Shown here: positions 1-9,562 of the stretch, in pieces
How positions within the stretch are numbered: the first letter of the stretch is position 1
Layout: the number at the start of each line of letters is the position of its first letter
Assembly (NCBI RefSeq): GCF_000186885.1
Contig: NC_014972.1
Span: 2,130,001 to 2,162,000, forward strand
Direction of reading: 5' to 3'
From: Desulfobulbus propionicus DSM 2032
GTDB lineage: Bacteria > Desulfobacterota > Desulfobulbia > Desulfobulbales > Desulfobulbaceae
Length of the DNA stretch: 32,000 bases
Translations under genes and position numbers: made by a program
The notes under the pieces: model-generated
What the model saw: only the letters and a program-made list of their open reading frames with translations
Told to the model about the DNA's origin: nothing
Databases searched by the model: none

Positions 1-1382
1 AGAAACACCAGGTTCTGGCCGCCTGCCGGGAAAAAGGCGGCGGCAAACAGAGCGTAGACCGGCAGCCGCGCCCCGCAGGACATGAAGGGATTCATCATCA
101 CGGTCAGGGTGCGGTCCCGTTCGTTTTCCAAGGTCCGGGTGGCCATGATGGCCGGCACGTTGCAGCCAAACCCGACCAGCATGGGGACAAAGGCCTTGCC
201 CGGCAACCCGATGAAGCGCATGAACCGGTCCATGACAAAGGCGGCCCGCGCCATGTAGCCCGAATCCTCGAGAAAGGAGAGGCAGAGGAACATGAAACCG
301 ATCGGCGGGATGAAGGTGGCCATGGTCTGAACCCCACCGCCGACGCCCGTGGCCAGGATGGCGATCAGCCACTCCGGCGCGTGCCAATGGGTCAGCAACT
401 CGGCAAAGCCGTCGACAAAGAGGGTTCCGGCCAGCTGATCGAAAAAGTCGATGAAAGCCCCGCCGAGATTGATGGTGAACATGAACATCAGGTACATGGC
501 GCCCAGGAAGATCGGAATGCCGAACACGCGACTGAGCACCACCCGGTCGATCCGATCGGACAGGGTGGCGGTGAGTTGGCCGCCTTTTCTGACCAGATCC
601 TGGACCAGCCAGGAAACAAAGCCGTAGCGGCCCGAAGCGATGACGATGTCGATTTCCTCATCCTCCTGCCGTTCTATGGCTCTTCGCGTCTCGGCGATCA
701 TTTCCGTGAGCACCGCCCCCAGGGTCAGGTGTTCGACCGGTTGCTCATCCCCTTCCAGCAGTTTCAATGCCAGCCAATGCGGATCGATCTTTCTGACCGC
801 GCACAGATCCTGAAGATTCGCGGCCAACCGTTCGCGGGCCTCCTGCACGGCAGCCGGATACACCACCTGGGCAGCCGGCTTGGTCCCATTGGCGACCGTT
901 TCGAAGATAGCCGCCTTGAGCTGGTCGATGCCCGCATCCTTCGAGGCGGTTAACGGCACCACCGGACAGCCGAGCCGCTGGGCCAAGCCCTGGATATCGA
1001 TTTCCAGCTTGCGCTCCGCCACCATGTCCATCATGTTGAGGGCAATCAGCATCGGTACCCGCATATCCAGCAACTGGCAGGTCAGGTATAGATTGCGCTC
1101 GATATTGGAGGCATCAACGATATTGACGATCAGATCGGCCTCGCGGGAGAGAATGAAATTGCGCGTGACCTTCTCATCCAAGGAGGAAGCGGCAAGCGAA
1201 TAGATGCCCGGGGTGTCGATGACCTCCACCCGGCAGTGCCCGTACCGGTAGGAACCGGATTTGCGATCCACGGTCACCCCTGGCCAGTTGCCGACCCGCT
1301 GCTTGGCGCCGGTCAGACAGTTGAACAAGGTTGTTTTACCGCAATTGGGATTACCCACTACACCGATGACCATCTCGTTCAT
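1..1382 (-). CDS. feoB: Ferrous iron transport protein B (FeoB), GTPase plus membrane domain; 3' end runs off the window
   Basis: Reverse-strand translation starts [21 protein letters not shown] (G1 P-loop) at 1382 and continues in the same frame to ...[29 protein letters not shown] at the window edge. Starts by ATGA overlap with the upstream feoA. Confidence 0.96.
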   Translation of the reverse strand, partial: MNEMVIGVVGNPNCGKTTLFNCLTGAKQRVGNWPGVTVDRKSGSYRYGHCRVEVIDTPGIYSLAASSLDEKVTRNFILSREADLIVNIVDASNIERNLYLTCQLLDMRVPMLIALNMMDMVAERKLEIDIQGLAQRLGCPVVPLTASKDAGIDQLKAAIFETVANGTKPAAQVVYPAAVQEARERLAANLQDLCAVRKIDPHWLALKLLEGDEQPVEHLTLGAVLTEMIAETRRAIERQEDEEIDIVIASGRYGFVSWLVQDLVRKGGQLTATLSDRIDRVVLSRVFGIPIFLGAMYLMFMFTINLGGAFIDFFDQLAGTLFVDGFAELLTHWHAPEWLIAILATGVGGGVQTMATFIPPIGFMFLCLSFLEDSGYMARAAFVMDRFMRFIGLPGKAFVPMLVGFGCNVPAIMATRTLENERDRTLTVMMNPFMSCGARLPVYALFAAAFFPAGGQNLVF

Positions 1383-1618
1383 GGCGTGGCCCTCCTCACC
1401 CGCAGCGACCTCGCCTCGTCCTTGCGCAGACTGAGATTGAAATCCCGCACTCTGATCTCCATCGGGTCGCCCATGGGCGCCACCCGGGCAACAACAAATT
1501 CGATTCCCTTGATCAACCCCATGGCCAGGAGCTTCTGCCGATACGCCTGCGCGCCCTTGACAAAGCCAAGCACGGTCCCTTTCTCCCCCACGGAAATATC
1601 CGCCAATGTCTGTTCCAT
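1379..1618 (-). CDS. feoA: FeoA family protein (small SH3-like Fe2+ transport accessory protein)
   Basis: 79 aa [72 protein letters not shown]; typical FeoA pattern; directly upstream of and overlapping feoB. Confidence 0.93.
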   Translation of the reverse strand: MEQTLADISVGEKGTVLGFVKGAQAYRQKLLAMGLIKGIEFVVARVAPMGDPMEIRVRDFNLSLRKDEARSLRVRRATP

Positions 1619-1621
1619 CTG

Positions 1622-1894
1622 TTAACACCTGATTACGTTGATTTTATGGGCCATGCCGCCGCCTAGGGCATATCGCGTCCCCGACTTTTCAATCAGCACG
1701 GCGCCGCCATTTTGTTTTTGCACCACCATCAATTCATCGTTCAACTGGATGCCCATGCTCAGCAAACGCTCGCGCATCAGTGTTCCGCTGCGAAAAAACA
1801 CGATTCTCACCTTTTCCCCCTCGCTGGCAATGGCCAAAGGAAACGACGGGATTGGCGCGCCTCCGGCGTTGGCCAACAAGCATCCATTTCGCAT
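1622..1894 (-). CDS. Second FeoA-like protein
   Basis: 90 aa ORF with FeoA-like core ([62 protein letters not shown]); 3 bp from feoA. Confidence 0.85.
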   Translation of the reverse strand: MRNGCLLANAGGAPIPSFPLAIASEGEKVRIVFFRSGTLMRERLLSMGIQLNDELMVVQKQNGGAVLIEKSGTRYALGGGMAHKINVIRC

Positions 1895-1977
1895 TGCTCA
1901 TCCTCCTTGACCGCTACCGCCCCCTCCGTCTCACAACGAACCCGCGTTCGAGCACGCGGGACGGACAGCAGTACGAC

Positions 1978-2028
1978 TGTTCTTGAATATTTAGCCAAAA
2001 CTAATTTTGGCGAATATACTCAAGAACA
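1978..2028. promoter_or_regulatory. Nested inverted repeat / operator-like element overlapping the feo promoter
   Basis: TGTTCTTGA (1978-1986) pairs perfectly with TCAAGAACA (2020-2028); inside it GCCAAAA (1994-2000) - ctaa - TTTTGGC (2005-2011) is a perfect 7 bp inverted repeat. Confidence 0.65.
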
Positions 2029-2040
2029 ATATGGAGTCAA
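2013..2040 (-). promoter_or_regulatory. Predicted sigma70-type promoter for the feoA-feoA-feoB operon (-35 TTGACT at 2040-2035, 16 nt spacer, -10 TATATT at 2018-2013)
   Basis: Reverse strand reads TTGACT-ccatattgttcttgag-TATATT, about 120 nt upstream of the first feoA-like start. Confidence 0.6.
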
Positions 2041-2600
2041 TAATTTTTTAAGCCTAGTCTAATTTTTGCCACCTATACGGCAGCAGCGGCTGAATCATGG
2101 AACCGCTGATCAGTAGCATCGAGAGGCAAGAAAAACGCAGGAAAAGGGACAAGGAGAGGAGAGGAGCCGGATTTGGCGCGTGTATTCTGTTGAACTTTTT
2201 TTTCGGAACTGTATGTTCTTTGGACACATTCCCTGCCCCCTCCATCAAGGGATGGGCGGTAGCACTTGATCAATCATCAAAAAAATTGAACACAAGCTAA
2301 GGCAAAATAGATTTTTCTTTCATCAGGTTTTTTTGTAAACATACCAGTAGTTTTTAAGTATTTTTATAAAAAATAGCAAAAAATCTTCATTTTTACTGAT
2401 AATTATCACAAAATCAACCTGTTTACCCCCTCAACGGAGGCTAAAGACAAGACTGTTACAGCAAAATGCAATAAACGGGCAGCCTCTTTCCTGTAAATGT
2501 GGGCAGCCGCGATTGAACAAATATATAAATTTTTCTTATATAAAAAGTGTCCGGCTAGCAATCCGGCCGGTATATTGACCAAATCGTACGGGGTACCCTT

Positions 2601-4685
2601 ATGAAAGAAACGAAATACAGCATTTGTGGTATGTGCGCCGTGCGCTGCCCCGTGGCTGTGCACCTGGAAAACGACAAACCTGTGTGGATCGAAGGCAACA
2701 GCCATGACGGCGGCATGGGACGTAGCCTGTGCGCCAAGGGCGGCGCCGCCTTTGCTCAGCGACTGGACCGGCAACGGCCCACGGCTCCCCTGTTGCGCCG
2801 TGGGCAACGGGGCGAGGGCGAGTGGCGGGAAGTTTCCTGGGACGAGGCCTTTGACTACATCACCACCCGGCTCAATGCCATCATTGCCGAACACGGCGGC
2901 CGTTCGATCATGTTCTCTGACCGCGGCGGTCCCTTCGCCGACCTGCGGCAGGCCTTTGTCAAGGCTCTGGGATCCCCCAATTACCACAACCACGACTGCA
3001 CCTGCGGCCGCAACGTCCATCATGCCTCCAAATCGGTCTATGGCCTGGGGCGCAAGGACTTTGCCTACGATTACGAAAACGCTCGGCATATCGTCCTTTT
3101 TGGCCGCAACATCACCGAGTCGCTCAAAGTCAAAGAAGTGAAGAGCTTTCTCAAGGGGATCAAAAACGGGGCACGGGTGACCTATATCGATCCGCGGGCC
3201 TCGGTTACCGCCGGCAAGGCCAGCCGTTACTGGCAGATCAAACCGGGTACCGACTACGCCCTGCTGTTGGGCATTGCCCACTGTCTCGTTGCCAACAATT
3301 ACTACGATCTCGACTTTGTTGACCGCTACGTCAACGGCATGGCCGAATTCAAGGCCTTTCTCGAGCCCTACACCCCCCAATGGGCCGCTGGCGAGACCGG
3401 CATCGCCGCCGAGGAAATCGAAACCTTCTGCCGCGAGCTCAACGAGGACCGGCCCAAGGTGATCATTCATCCGGGTTGGATGCTGGCCCGTTACCGCGAC
3501 TCCTTCCATGCCTCGCGGATGATTCATATCATCAACGCCCTCATGGGCAGCATCGAACAGCCCGGCGGCCTGTTCTACCCCAAAGGACCCAAGGATGCCG
3601 GCAAATCCGGGCTCAAAAGTCTGGCTGCCCTGGTACCGGCGGTGAACGAGGATCGCGCCGACGGCTGCGGCAGTCGCTACCCCCAATGGGACAAGGGGGC
3701 GGGCATGCTCCAGACCGCCTACGAAGCCATCGACACCGGTGTGCCCTACCCGGTCAAAGCCTACTTTATCCATCGCCACAATCCCTTCATCGCCCTGCCC
3801 GACACCAAGGAGCAGCGGCGGATTCTCGACAAACTCGACCTGATCGTGGCCGTGGATGTTAACTTCTCGGAAACCGCCTGGTTCGCCGATGTCATCCTCC
3901 CGGAGAGCACCTTTATTGAACGTGCCTCCATCCTGCGCACGGAAAAGGGACTCAAACCCGGTTTCGGCCGCCGGCAACAGTGCGTCAAGCCCTTGAACAA
4001 CACCAAGGCTGGCTGGGAAATCTATATTGAACTGGCCAAGCGGATGGGCAAGGGCGAATACTTCCCGTTCAATTCCATCGAGGATATCTGGCAGTACCAG
4101 TTGCAGGATACCGGCCTTAGTGTGACTGATTTCGACGCCAAGGGATTTGTTAAACTGAGCGACAAACCCCTCTGGCTTGACCGCGACAAACTCAAATTCG
4201 GCACCGATTCCGGCAAGATCGAACTGGTCAATGCCAAGTGGGAGGCCATGGGGATCGCTTCACTGCCGCCCTATGAACCACCCCTGGCGCCGCCCGAGGG
4301 CAGCTTCCGGTTGCTGTTTGGCCGCAACGGCTACCAGGCCCATGGCCAGCACCAGAACAATCCCATCCTTGCCGATCTGCTCGATGTTAACAAGTTGTGG
4401 ATCAACACCGCTGCCGCCAAGCGGCTGGGAATCAAGAACGGCGACCAGGTTCTGGTGAAGAACGGCGATGAAGAGGGTCGGATTGCCGCCTACGTCACCG
4501 ACCTGATCCATCCCGAGGCGGTGTTCATGCTCCATGGCTTTGGCACCGATGTGCCCGCCAAAAAACGATCCGTTGGCAAGGGGCTGGCCGACCAGCTGTA
4601 CATGCAAGGAAAACTCAAGGAATGGGACAAGGCCGGCGGCGGTCTCAACCTGGCGGAAAGTTTTGTTACCGTTACCCCGGTTTAA
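2601..4685 (+). CDS. Molybdopterin-dependent oxidoreductase, DMSO-reductase superfamily, thiosulfate/polysulfide-reductase or formate-dehydrogenase-like catalytic subunit; no Tat signal
   Basis: 694 aa. N-terminal [4Fe-4S] motif CGMCAVRCPVAV...GRSLCAKGG; Mo-bis-PGD domain features (NYHNHDCTCGRNVHHA, NITES, DPRASVTAGKASRYWQIKPGTDYALLLGIAH, FADVILPESTFIERASI), C-terminal molybdopterin dinucleotide-binding domain. N-terminus MKETKYSICG has no twin-arginine leader. Confidence 0.92.
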   Translation: MKETKYSICGMCAVRCPVAVHLENDKPVWIEGNSHDGGMGRSLCAKGGAAFAQRLDRQRPTAPLLRRGQRGEGEWREVSWDEAFDYITTRLNAIIAEHGGRSIMFSDRGGPFADLRQAFVKALGSPNYHNHDCTCGRNVHHASKSVYGLGRKDFAYDYENARHIVLFGRNITESLKVKEVKSFLKGIKNGARVTYIDPRASVTAGKASRYWQIKPGTDYALLLGIAHCLVANNYYDLDFVDRYVNGMAEFKAFLEPYTPQWAAGETGIAAEEIETFCRELNEDRPKVIIHPGWMLARYRDSFHASRMIHIINALMGSIEQPGGLFYPKGPKDAGKSGLKSLAALVPAVNEDRADGCGSRYPQWDKGAGMLQTAYEAIDTGVPYPVKAYFIHRHNPFIALPDTKEQRRILDKLDLIVAVDVNFSETAWFADVILPESTFIERASILRTEKGLKPGFGRRQQCVKPLNNTKAGWEIYIELAKRMGKGEYFPFNSIEDIWQYQLQDTGLSVTDFDAKGFVKLSDKPLWLDRDKLKFGTDSGKIELVNAKWEAMGIASLPPYEPPLAPPEGSFRLLFGRNGYQAHGQHQNNPILADLLDVNKLWINTAAAKRLGIKNGDQVLVKNGDEEGRIAAYVTDLIHPEAVFMLHGFGTDVPAKKRSVGKGLADQLYMQGKLKEWDKAGGGLNLAESFVTVTPV

Positions 4686-4701
4686 GCGCAGGAGAAACAC
4701 C

Positions 4702-5205
4702 ATGAGCAACTATATCGTCACCCAGAACGTGGCCGACTGCATCGGCTGCCGGGCCTGCGAGGTCCATTGCAAGGACAAGAACAACAGCGGTCCCGGCGCC
4801 TTCTATTGCAGGATGATCGAGGTGAGTTCGAGCGAGACCTCGCCGCCACGCATCGATTTTGTCTACCTGTCCTGCTTCCACTGCGAAAAACCGTGGTGTG
4901 TCGATGCCTGCCCCACCGGCGCCATGCGGCGGCGCGACAAGGATGGCATCGTCTATGTCGAAGAGAAGGCCTGTGTCGGCTGCAAGGCCTGCATCACCGC
5001 CTGCCCCTGGACCGTGCCCCAATGGAACCCGGAAACGGGCAAGGTGGGCAAGTGCGACCTGTGCATGGACCGCATCGATCAAGGACTGGAACCGGCCTGT
5101 GTCACCAAATGCACCACCGGCTGCCTGAGCTTCACCACCCCGTCGGCGGCCTCGCAGGCAGCCCGCCAAGCCTTCGCCGAACAGCTGATGCTCAACCGGC
5201 GCTGA
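4702..5205 (+). CDS. Four-cluster 4Fe-4S ferredoxin-type electron transfer subunit (PhsB/PsrB/NrfC-like)
   Basis: 167 aa MSNYIVTQNVADCIGCRACEVHCKDKNN...CFHCEKPWCVDACP...CVGCKACITACPW...CDLCMDRIDQGLEPACVTKC; SD ggag upstream; 16 bp after the Mo subunit. Confidence 0.92.
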   Translation: MSNYIVTQNVADCIGCRACEVHCKDKNNSGPGAFYCRMIEVSSSETSPPRIDFVYLSCFHCEKPWCVDACPTGAMRRRDKDGIVYVEEKACVGCKACITACPWTVPQWNPETGKVGKCDLCMDRIDQGLEPACVTKCTTGCLSFTTPSAASQAARQAFAEQLMLNRR

Positions 5206-5218
5206 AAGGAGTGTAGCC

Positions 5219-5587
5219 ATGGACGCGATCCCTGGGGAATATCTCGGTATTCTGCTGCTGCTCATCTTCGGCATTCTCTTTGGCGTGCTGACCCTGTTTG
5301 TGGGTCGGTTTTTTCGCCTCAGCCGGCCCTACCGCGAAAAGCTGATTGCCTATGAATCGGGCAACGAGCCCACCGCGGCCCCGCGGATGCGCTTCTCGGT
5401 CAAGTTTTACCTGATCGCCATCCTCTTTGTGGTCTTCGATGTCGAGTGCATCTATCTTTATCCCTGGGCGGTCAGTTATGACCGCCTGGGCCTGTTCGCC
5501 CTGGTGGAGATGCTCCTGTTCATCGCGCTGCTCCTGGTCGGCTATGTCTACGCCTGGAAGAAGGGGGTCCTGCAATGGGAGAAATAA
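5219..5587 (+). CDS. nuoA: NADH-quinone oxidoreductase subunit A
   Basis: 122 aa, three hydrophobic segments, [11 protein letters not shown]...[30 protein letters not shown]; SD aaaggagtg. Confidence 0.96.
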   Translation: MDAIPGEYLGILLLLIFGILFGVLTLFVGRFFRLSRPYREKLIAYESGNEPTAAPRMRFSVKFYLIAILFVVFDVECIYLYPWAVSYDRLGLFALVEMLLFIALLLVGYVYAWKKGVLQWEK

Positions 5588-6096
5588 GTGATCCAACCAT
5601 GGTCAAGCTGGAGGAGGGGGTGCGCTACATCCCCGGGGCCAATGCCATCCTGGGGCCGCTGAACAAGCTGGTCAACTGGGGCCGGGCCGGGTCCATCTGG
5701 CCGGTCACCTTTGGTTTGGCCTGCTGCGCCATCGAGATGATGGATGCCGGTGCCTCCACCAACGATCTCGACCGCTTCGGCATCCTCTTCCGCGCCAGCC
5801 CCCGTCAGGCGGATTGCATGGTGGTGGCCGGCACGCTGAGCAAGAAAATGGCGCCGGTGTTGCGGAGGGTCTACGATCAGATGCCCGAGCCCCGTTATGT
5901 GCTGGCCATGGGCAGCTGCGCCTGCAGCGGCGGGGTATTTGACACCTACGCCGTCACCCAGGGGGTGGATCAGATCATCCCGGTGGACGTCTATGTCCCC
6001 GGCTGCCCGCCCCGTCCCGAGGCCTTGCTGGAGGGCTTCCTCAAACTCCAGGAAAAAATTCTCAAGGAGCAGTTCCGATGGAGCCAGTGGCGATAA
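5575..6096 (+). CDS. nuoB: NADH-quinone oxidoreductase subunit B (start may instead be 5599)
   Basis: [86 protein letters not shown]. Confidence 0.96.
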   Translation: MGEISDPTMVKLEEGVRYIPGANAILGPLNKLVNWGRAGSIWPVTFGLACCAIEMMDAGASTNDLDRFGILFRASPRQADCMVVAGTLSKKMAPVLRRVYDQMPEPRYVLAMGSCACSGGVFDTYAVTQGVDQIIPVDVYVPGCPPRPEALLEGFLKLQEKILKEQFRWSQWR

Positions 6097-6662
6097 TCGA
6101 TCGGCTGCGCGCCGAGTTTCCCGACGAGGTTGTGCAGGGCTACGTCAACCAGGGCCAGGGCGCGGTGGTGATCCGTTCCGGCCGCATCGTCGAGATGCTG
6201 CGCTGGCTGCGCGATAGCGACGACCTGCGGATGAACCACCTGCGCTCGCTGTGCGGGGTGGATAACCTACGGCGCAAGGGGCCGGGGTTGTCACGTTTTG
6301 AGGTGGTGTACAATCTCTATTCCATCCCCCTGCGCCACGAGATCCGATTGCGGGCCGAGGTGGGCGACAAGGACCCGGCCATTGATTCGGTGGTCGAACT
6401 GTGGCCGGGCGCCGACTGGCTGGAGCGTGAAACCTTTGACCTGATGGGTATCCGTTTCACCAATCACCCCAACCTGCACCGGGTGCTGCTGCCCGAGGAT
6501 TGGGTCGGCCATCCGCTGCGCAAGGATTATCCCCTCAAGGGCAAGGAAGAGTGGGCCGGAATGACCGAGCTGCTCGACAAGATCAAGGAATTGGATCAGC
6601 ACGGCTTTGATCCCGAAGGACACGCCCACGGACAGAGCGCACCCGAGCAGGAGGATGACTGA
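6078..6662 (+). CDS. nuoC: NADH-quinone oxidoreductase subunit C
   Basis: 194 aa, 30 kDa subunit pattern ([24 protein letters not shown]...[45 protein letters not shown]). Confidence 0.95.
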   Translation: MEPVAIIDRLRAEFPDEVVQGYVNQGQGAVVIRSGRIVEMLRWLRDSDDLRMNHLRSLCGVDNLRRKGPGLSRFEVVYNLYSIPLRHEIRLRAEVGDKDPAIDSVVELWPGADWLERETFDLMGIRFTNHPNLHRVLLPEDWVGHPLRKDYPLKGKEEWAGMTELLDKIKELDQHGFDPEGHAHGQSAPEQEDD

Positions 6663-7888
6663 TGACCCGGCCGATCAAACAACATCTGGAAATTCCGGTG
6701 GCCGACGGCGCGGGCGAACGCTATTCCCTGCGCATGGGGCCGCAGCATCCGGCCACCCACGGCGTGCTCCGGGTCGATCTCGAATTGGATGGCGAAACCA
6801 TCATCGAGTGCATTCCCCAGGTGGGCTATCTGCATCGGGGTTTTGAAAAACTGGCGGAAAACAAAACCTATGCCCAGGCCCTGATCCTCACCGACCGGCT
6901 CGACTACATCGCGGCCATGGCCAACAATGTCGGCTACTGCGTGGCGGTGGAGCGGCTGCTGGGCATCTCGGTGCCGCTGCGCGCCCAATATATCCGCACC
7001 ATAGTCGGCGAGATGTCGCGTCTGTGCTCGCACCTGCTGTGGCTGGCCACCCATGCCCTGGATATCGGAGCCATGACCGTATTTCTCTACTGTTTTCGCG
7101 AGCGCGAGATTCTGCTCGACCTGTTCGAGGAGCTGTGCGGGGCCCGGCTGACCTTTTCCTATCCCCGTATCGGCGGCGTGCGCCAGGATGTGACCTCGTA
7201 TTTCGTCGATGAACTGCAACGGTTTCTCGACATGTTTCCCTCCAAGATCGAGGAATACGAGACCCTGATCGACACCAACCGCATCTGGCTCAAACGCACG
7301 GTCGGCGTTGGCACGCTCACCGGCGAGGAGGCCCTGGCACTTGGCCTGACCGGCGCCTGCCTGCGCGGCTCGGGTGTGGATTACGACATCCGCAAGCATC
7401 AGCCCTACGACGCCTACCCTTTAGTCGATTTCGAGGTGCCACTCGGCAGCGACGGCGACATCTACGCCCGGTATCGTTGCCGCATGGAAGAGATGCACCA
7501 GTCGGTGCGCATCATCCAGCAGTGCATCGATCAACTGCCGCCCGGTCCGATCATCGGCCCGGACGCCCCGGACCTGGTGATGCCCAACAAGGTGCCGGCC
7601 CGCATCGAGGCCGGGACCAACGAGTACGGCACCGGCCTGATCAAGCTGATCCGTGATCGCAATCTGTATATTTCCGGCGATGTCTATGTGGCCACCGAAG
7701 TGCCCAAGGGCGAGTTGGGTTTTTATTTCATCTCCGACGGCAACAACCGCCCCTACCGGATGCACATCCGCTCACCCTCCTTCATTCACATCGGGGCGCT
7801 GGCGGCCATTGCCAAAGGTGAACTGATCGCCGACCTGATCGCCAACATCGGCAGCCTGGACGTGGTCCTGGGTGAATCCGACCGGTAA
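6662..7888 (+). CDS. nuoD: NADH-quinone oxidoreductase subunit D
   Basis: 408 aa, MGPQHPATHGVLRVDLELDGE...IPQVGYLHRGFEKLAE...; TGATG overlap with nuoC. Confidence 0.97.
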   Translation: MTRPIKQHLEIPVADGAGERYSLRMGPQHPATHGVLRVDLELDGETIIECIPQVGYLHRGFEKLAENKTYAQALILTDRLDYIAAMANNVGYCVAVERLLGISVPLRAQYIRTIVGEMSRLCSHLLWLATHALDIGAMTVFLYCFREREILLDLFEELCGARLTFSYPRIGGVRQDVTSYFVDELQRFLDMFPSKIEEYETLIDTNRIWLKRTVGVGTLTGEEALALGLTGACLRGSGVDYDIRKHQPYDAYPLVDFEVPLGSDGDIYARYRCRMEEMHQSVRIIQQCIDQLPPGPIIGPDAPDLVMPNKVPARIEAGTNEYGTGLIKLIRDRNLYISGDVYVATEVPKGELGFYFISDGNNRPYRMHIRSPSFIHIGALAAIAKGELIADLIANIGSLDVVLGESDR

Positions 7889-7921
7889 ATCGGCCGTGTC
7901 TGTCTGATCAACGAGGAACCT

Positions 7922-8890
7922 ATGAATATTCTGCTCACCCTGGTGTGGCTCCTGATCCTCTTCGCCGTGGTCATGCTCCATGTGGCCTATGCGACCTATT
8001 TCGAGCGCAAGATCATCGGCCACATGCAGGTCCGTCTCGGGCCGATGCGGGTCGGCTGGCACGGTCTGCTCCAGCCCATTGCCGACGGCATCAAAAGTTT
8101 CTTCAAGGAAGATATCATCCCGGAGAACGCCGACAAGCCGACCTTCCTCGCCGCGCCGATCATTTGTCTGGTGGCGATGATGACCTCCCTGGCGGTGCTG
8201 CCCTTTGCCAAGGGCTGGGTGCTGGCGGATATCGACATCGGGCTGCTGTTCATCTTTGCCATGAGTTCCCTGGCCAGTTACGGCGTGGTCCTGGCAGGCT
8301 GGGCCTCGAACTCCAAGTACAGCTTTCTCGGCGGCCTGCGCTCCATGGCCCAGGTGATCAGCTACGAGATCAGCATGGGCCTCAGTCTGGTAGGGGTGAT
8401 GCTCATGGCCGGCTCGCTTAACCTGAGCGAGATTGTCGAGGCCCAGGGCGATTCATTCCTGGGCATGTACCTCATGCCCCAGTGCATCGGTTTCTTCGTC
8501 TTTTTCATCAGCATGCTGGCCGAGACCAATCGGGTCCCCTTTGATCTGCCCGAGGCGGAAACCGAGCTGGTGTCCGGCTACTGCACCGAATACAGCGGCA
8601 TGCGCTACGCCATCTTCTTCATGGCCGAATACATCGGCATGATGGTCATGGCCTCCATCGCCACCATCTGTTTTCTCGGCGGCTGGAACGGTCCCTTTGC
8701 CGTGCCGTTCTTCCCGCCGCTGTGGTTCGTGCTCAAGGTCTACCTGTTCATGTTTCTCTTCATATGGATTCGGGCCACCCTGCCACGCTACCGCTACGAT
8801 CAGCTGATGGATCTCGGCTGGAAATTGCTCATCCCGCTGGCGCTGGTCAATATCGTCCTCACCGCCTGCCTGAAGGCGCTCATCAGTTAG
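7922..8890 (+). CDS. nuoH: NADH-quinone oxidoreductase subunit H
   Basis: 322 aa multi-TM; ERKIIGHMQVRLGPMRVGWHGLLQPIADGIKSFFKEDIIP, AETNRVPFDLPEAETELVSGYCTEYSG. Confidence 0.97.
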   Translation: MNILLTLVWLLILFAVVMLHVAYATYFERKIIGHMQVRLGPMRVGWHGLLQPIADGIKSFFKEDIIPENADKPTFLAAPIICLVAMMTSLAVLPFAKGWVLADIDIGLLFIFAMSSLASYGVVLAGWASNSKYSFLGGLRSMAQVISYEISMGLSLVGVMLMAGSLNLSEIVEAQGDSFLGMYLMPQCIGFFVFFISMLAETNRVPFDLPEAETELVSGYCTEYSGMRYAIFFMAEYIGMMVMASIATICFLGGWNGPFAVPFFPPLWFVLKVYLFMFLFIWIRATLPRYRYDQLMDLGWKLLIPLALVNIVLTACLKALIS

Positions 8891-8914
8891 AGGAGGGGAG
8901 GGAAACTCCAAACC

Positions 8915-9553
8915 ATGCAGATTCAATACAAACCCCGACGCGGACTCCTGGCGACCATTTTCCAGGCGGAGATCCTCCAGGGCATGACCCTGACCCTGAA
9001 GCGGCTCTTTTCCAAGCCGATCACCCGCCAGTATCCCGAGGAAAAACCGCGCATCCGTCCCGGCTTTCGCGGCCAGCACGCCCTGGTGCGCGATCCCGAG
9101 ACCAAGGACTGCAAGTGCATCGGATGCATGCGTTGCGCCATGGTTTGTCCGTCGCGCTGCATCCGCATCCGCTCCCACAAGGACAAGGAACCGGGCAGCC
9201 GTCGGATCATCGACTGCTACCGCATCGAATCGCTGCGCTGCGTCTACTGCGGCTACTGCGAGGAGGTTTGTCCGGTCAATGCCATCGTCCTTACCGAGGT
9301 CTTTGAGTACGGCTCCTATGAGCGGCCCTCGCTCTACTTCACCCGGGAACAGTTGTTGGCCAACTGGGACCGGTTTGTGGCGGAAAAGGGCGCAGAGATG
9401 GAGACCTATGTCAATCCTTTCTGGCGGCCGCGCGGCCTGCCTGAAGAGGGACTGCCCGCCCCCAAACGGCTGCCGGTGTCGCCCGAGTGGAGCGGCGAGC
9501 AGCAGGTGGTGGGCAGAAAGTGGCGGCAGCATCTACCGCCGGAACAATCCTGA
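8915..9553 (+). CDS. nuoI: NADH-quinone oxidoreductase subunit I (2x[4Fe-4S])
   Basis: 212 aa; CKCIGCMRCAMVCPSRCI and CVYCGYCEEVCPVNAI motifs. Confidence 0.95.
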   Translation: MQIQYKPRRGLLATIFQAEILQGMTLTLKRLFSKPITRQYPEEKPRIRPGFRGQHALVRDPETKDCKCIGCMRCAMVCPSRCIRIRSHKDKEPGSRRIIDCYRIESLRCVYCGYCEEVCPVNAIVLTEVFEYGSYERPSLYFTREQLLANWDRFVAEKGAEMETYVNPFWRPRGLPEEGLPAPKRLPVSPEWSGEQQVVGRKWRQHLPPEQS

Positions 9554-9562
9554 GGAGGGGCC

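Noticed and set aside
381-1203. Plus-strand ORFs inside the feo region (381..953, 880..1203)
   Set aside because: They lie opposite an uninterrupted FeoB reading frame on the minus strand.
2397-2408. Fur box upstream of the molybdopterin oxidoreductase
   Set aside because: TGATAATTATCA is only part of a 19-bp Fur consensus and the region is AT-rich, so it is kept only as an observation.
2406-3977. 523 aa minus-strand ORF antisense to the molybdopterin oxidoreductase
   Set aside because: Shadow ORF in GC-rich coding DNA; low-complexity G/V/A/D composition, no recognisable domain, and the plus strand encodes a clear enzyme.
8453-9532. 359 aa minus-strand ORF across nuoH/nuoI
   Set aside because: Antisense shadow of well-supported nuo genes; no family features or RBS.
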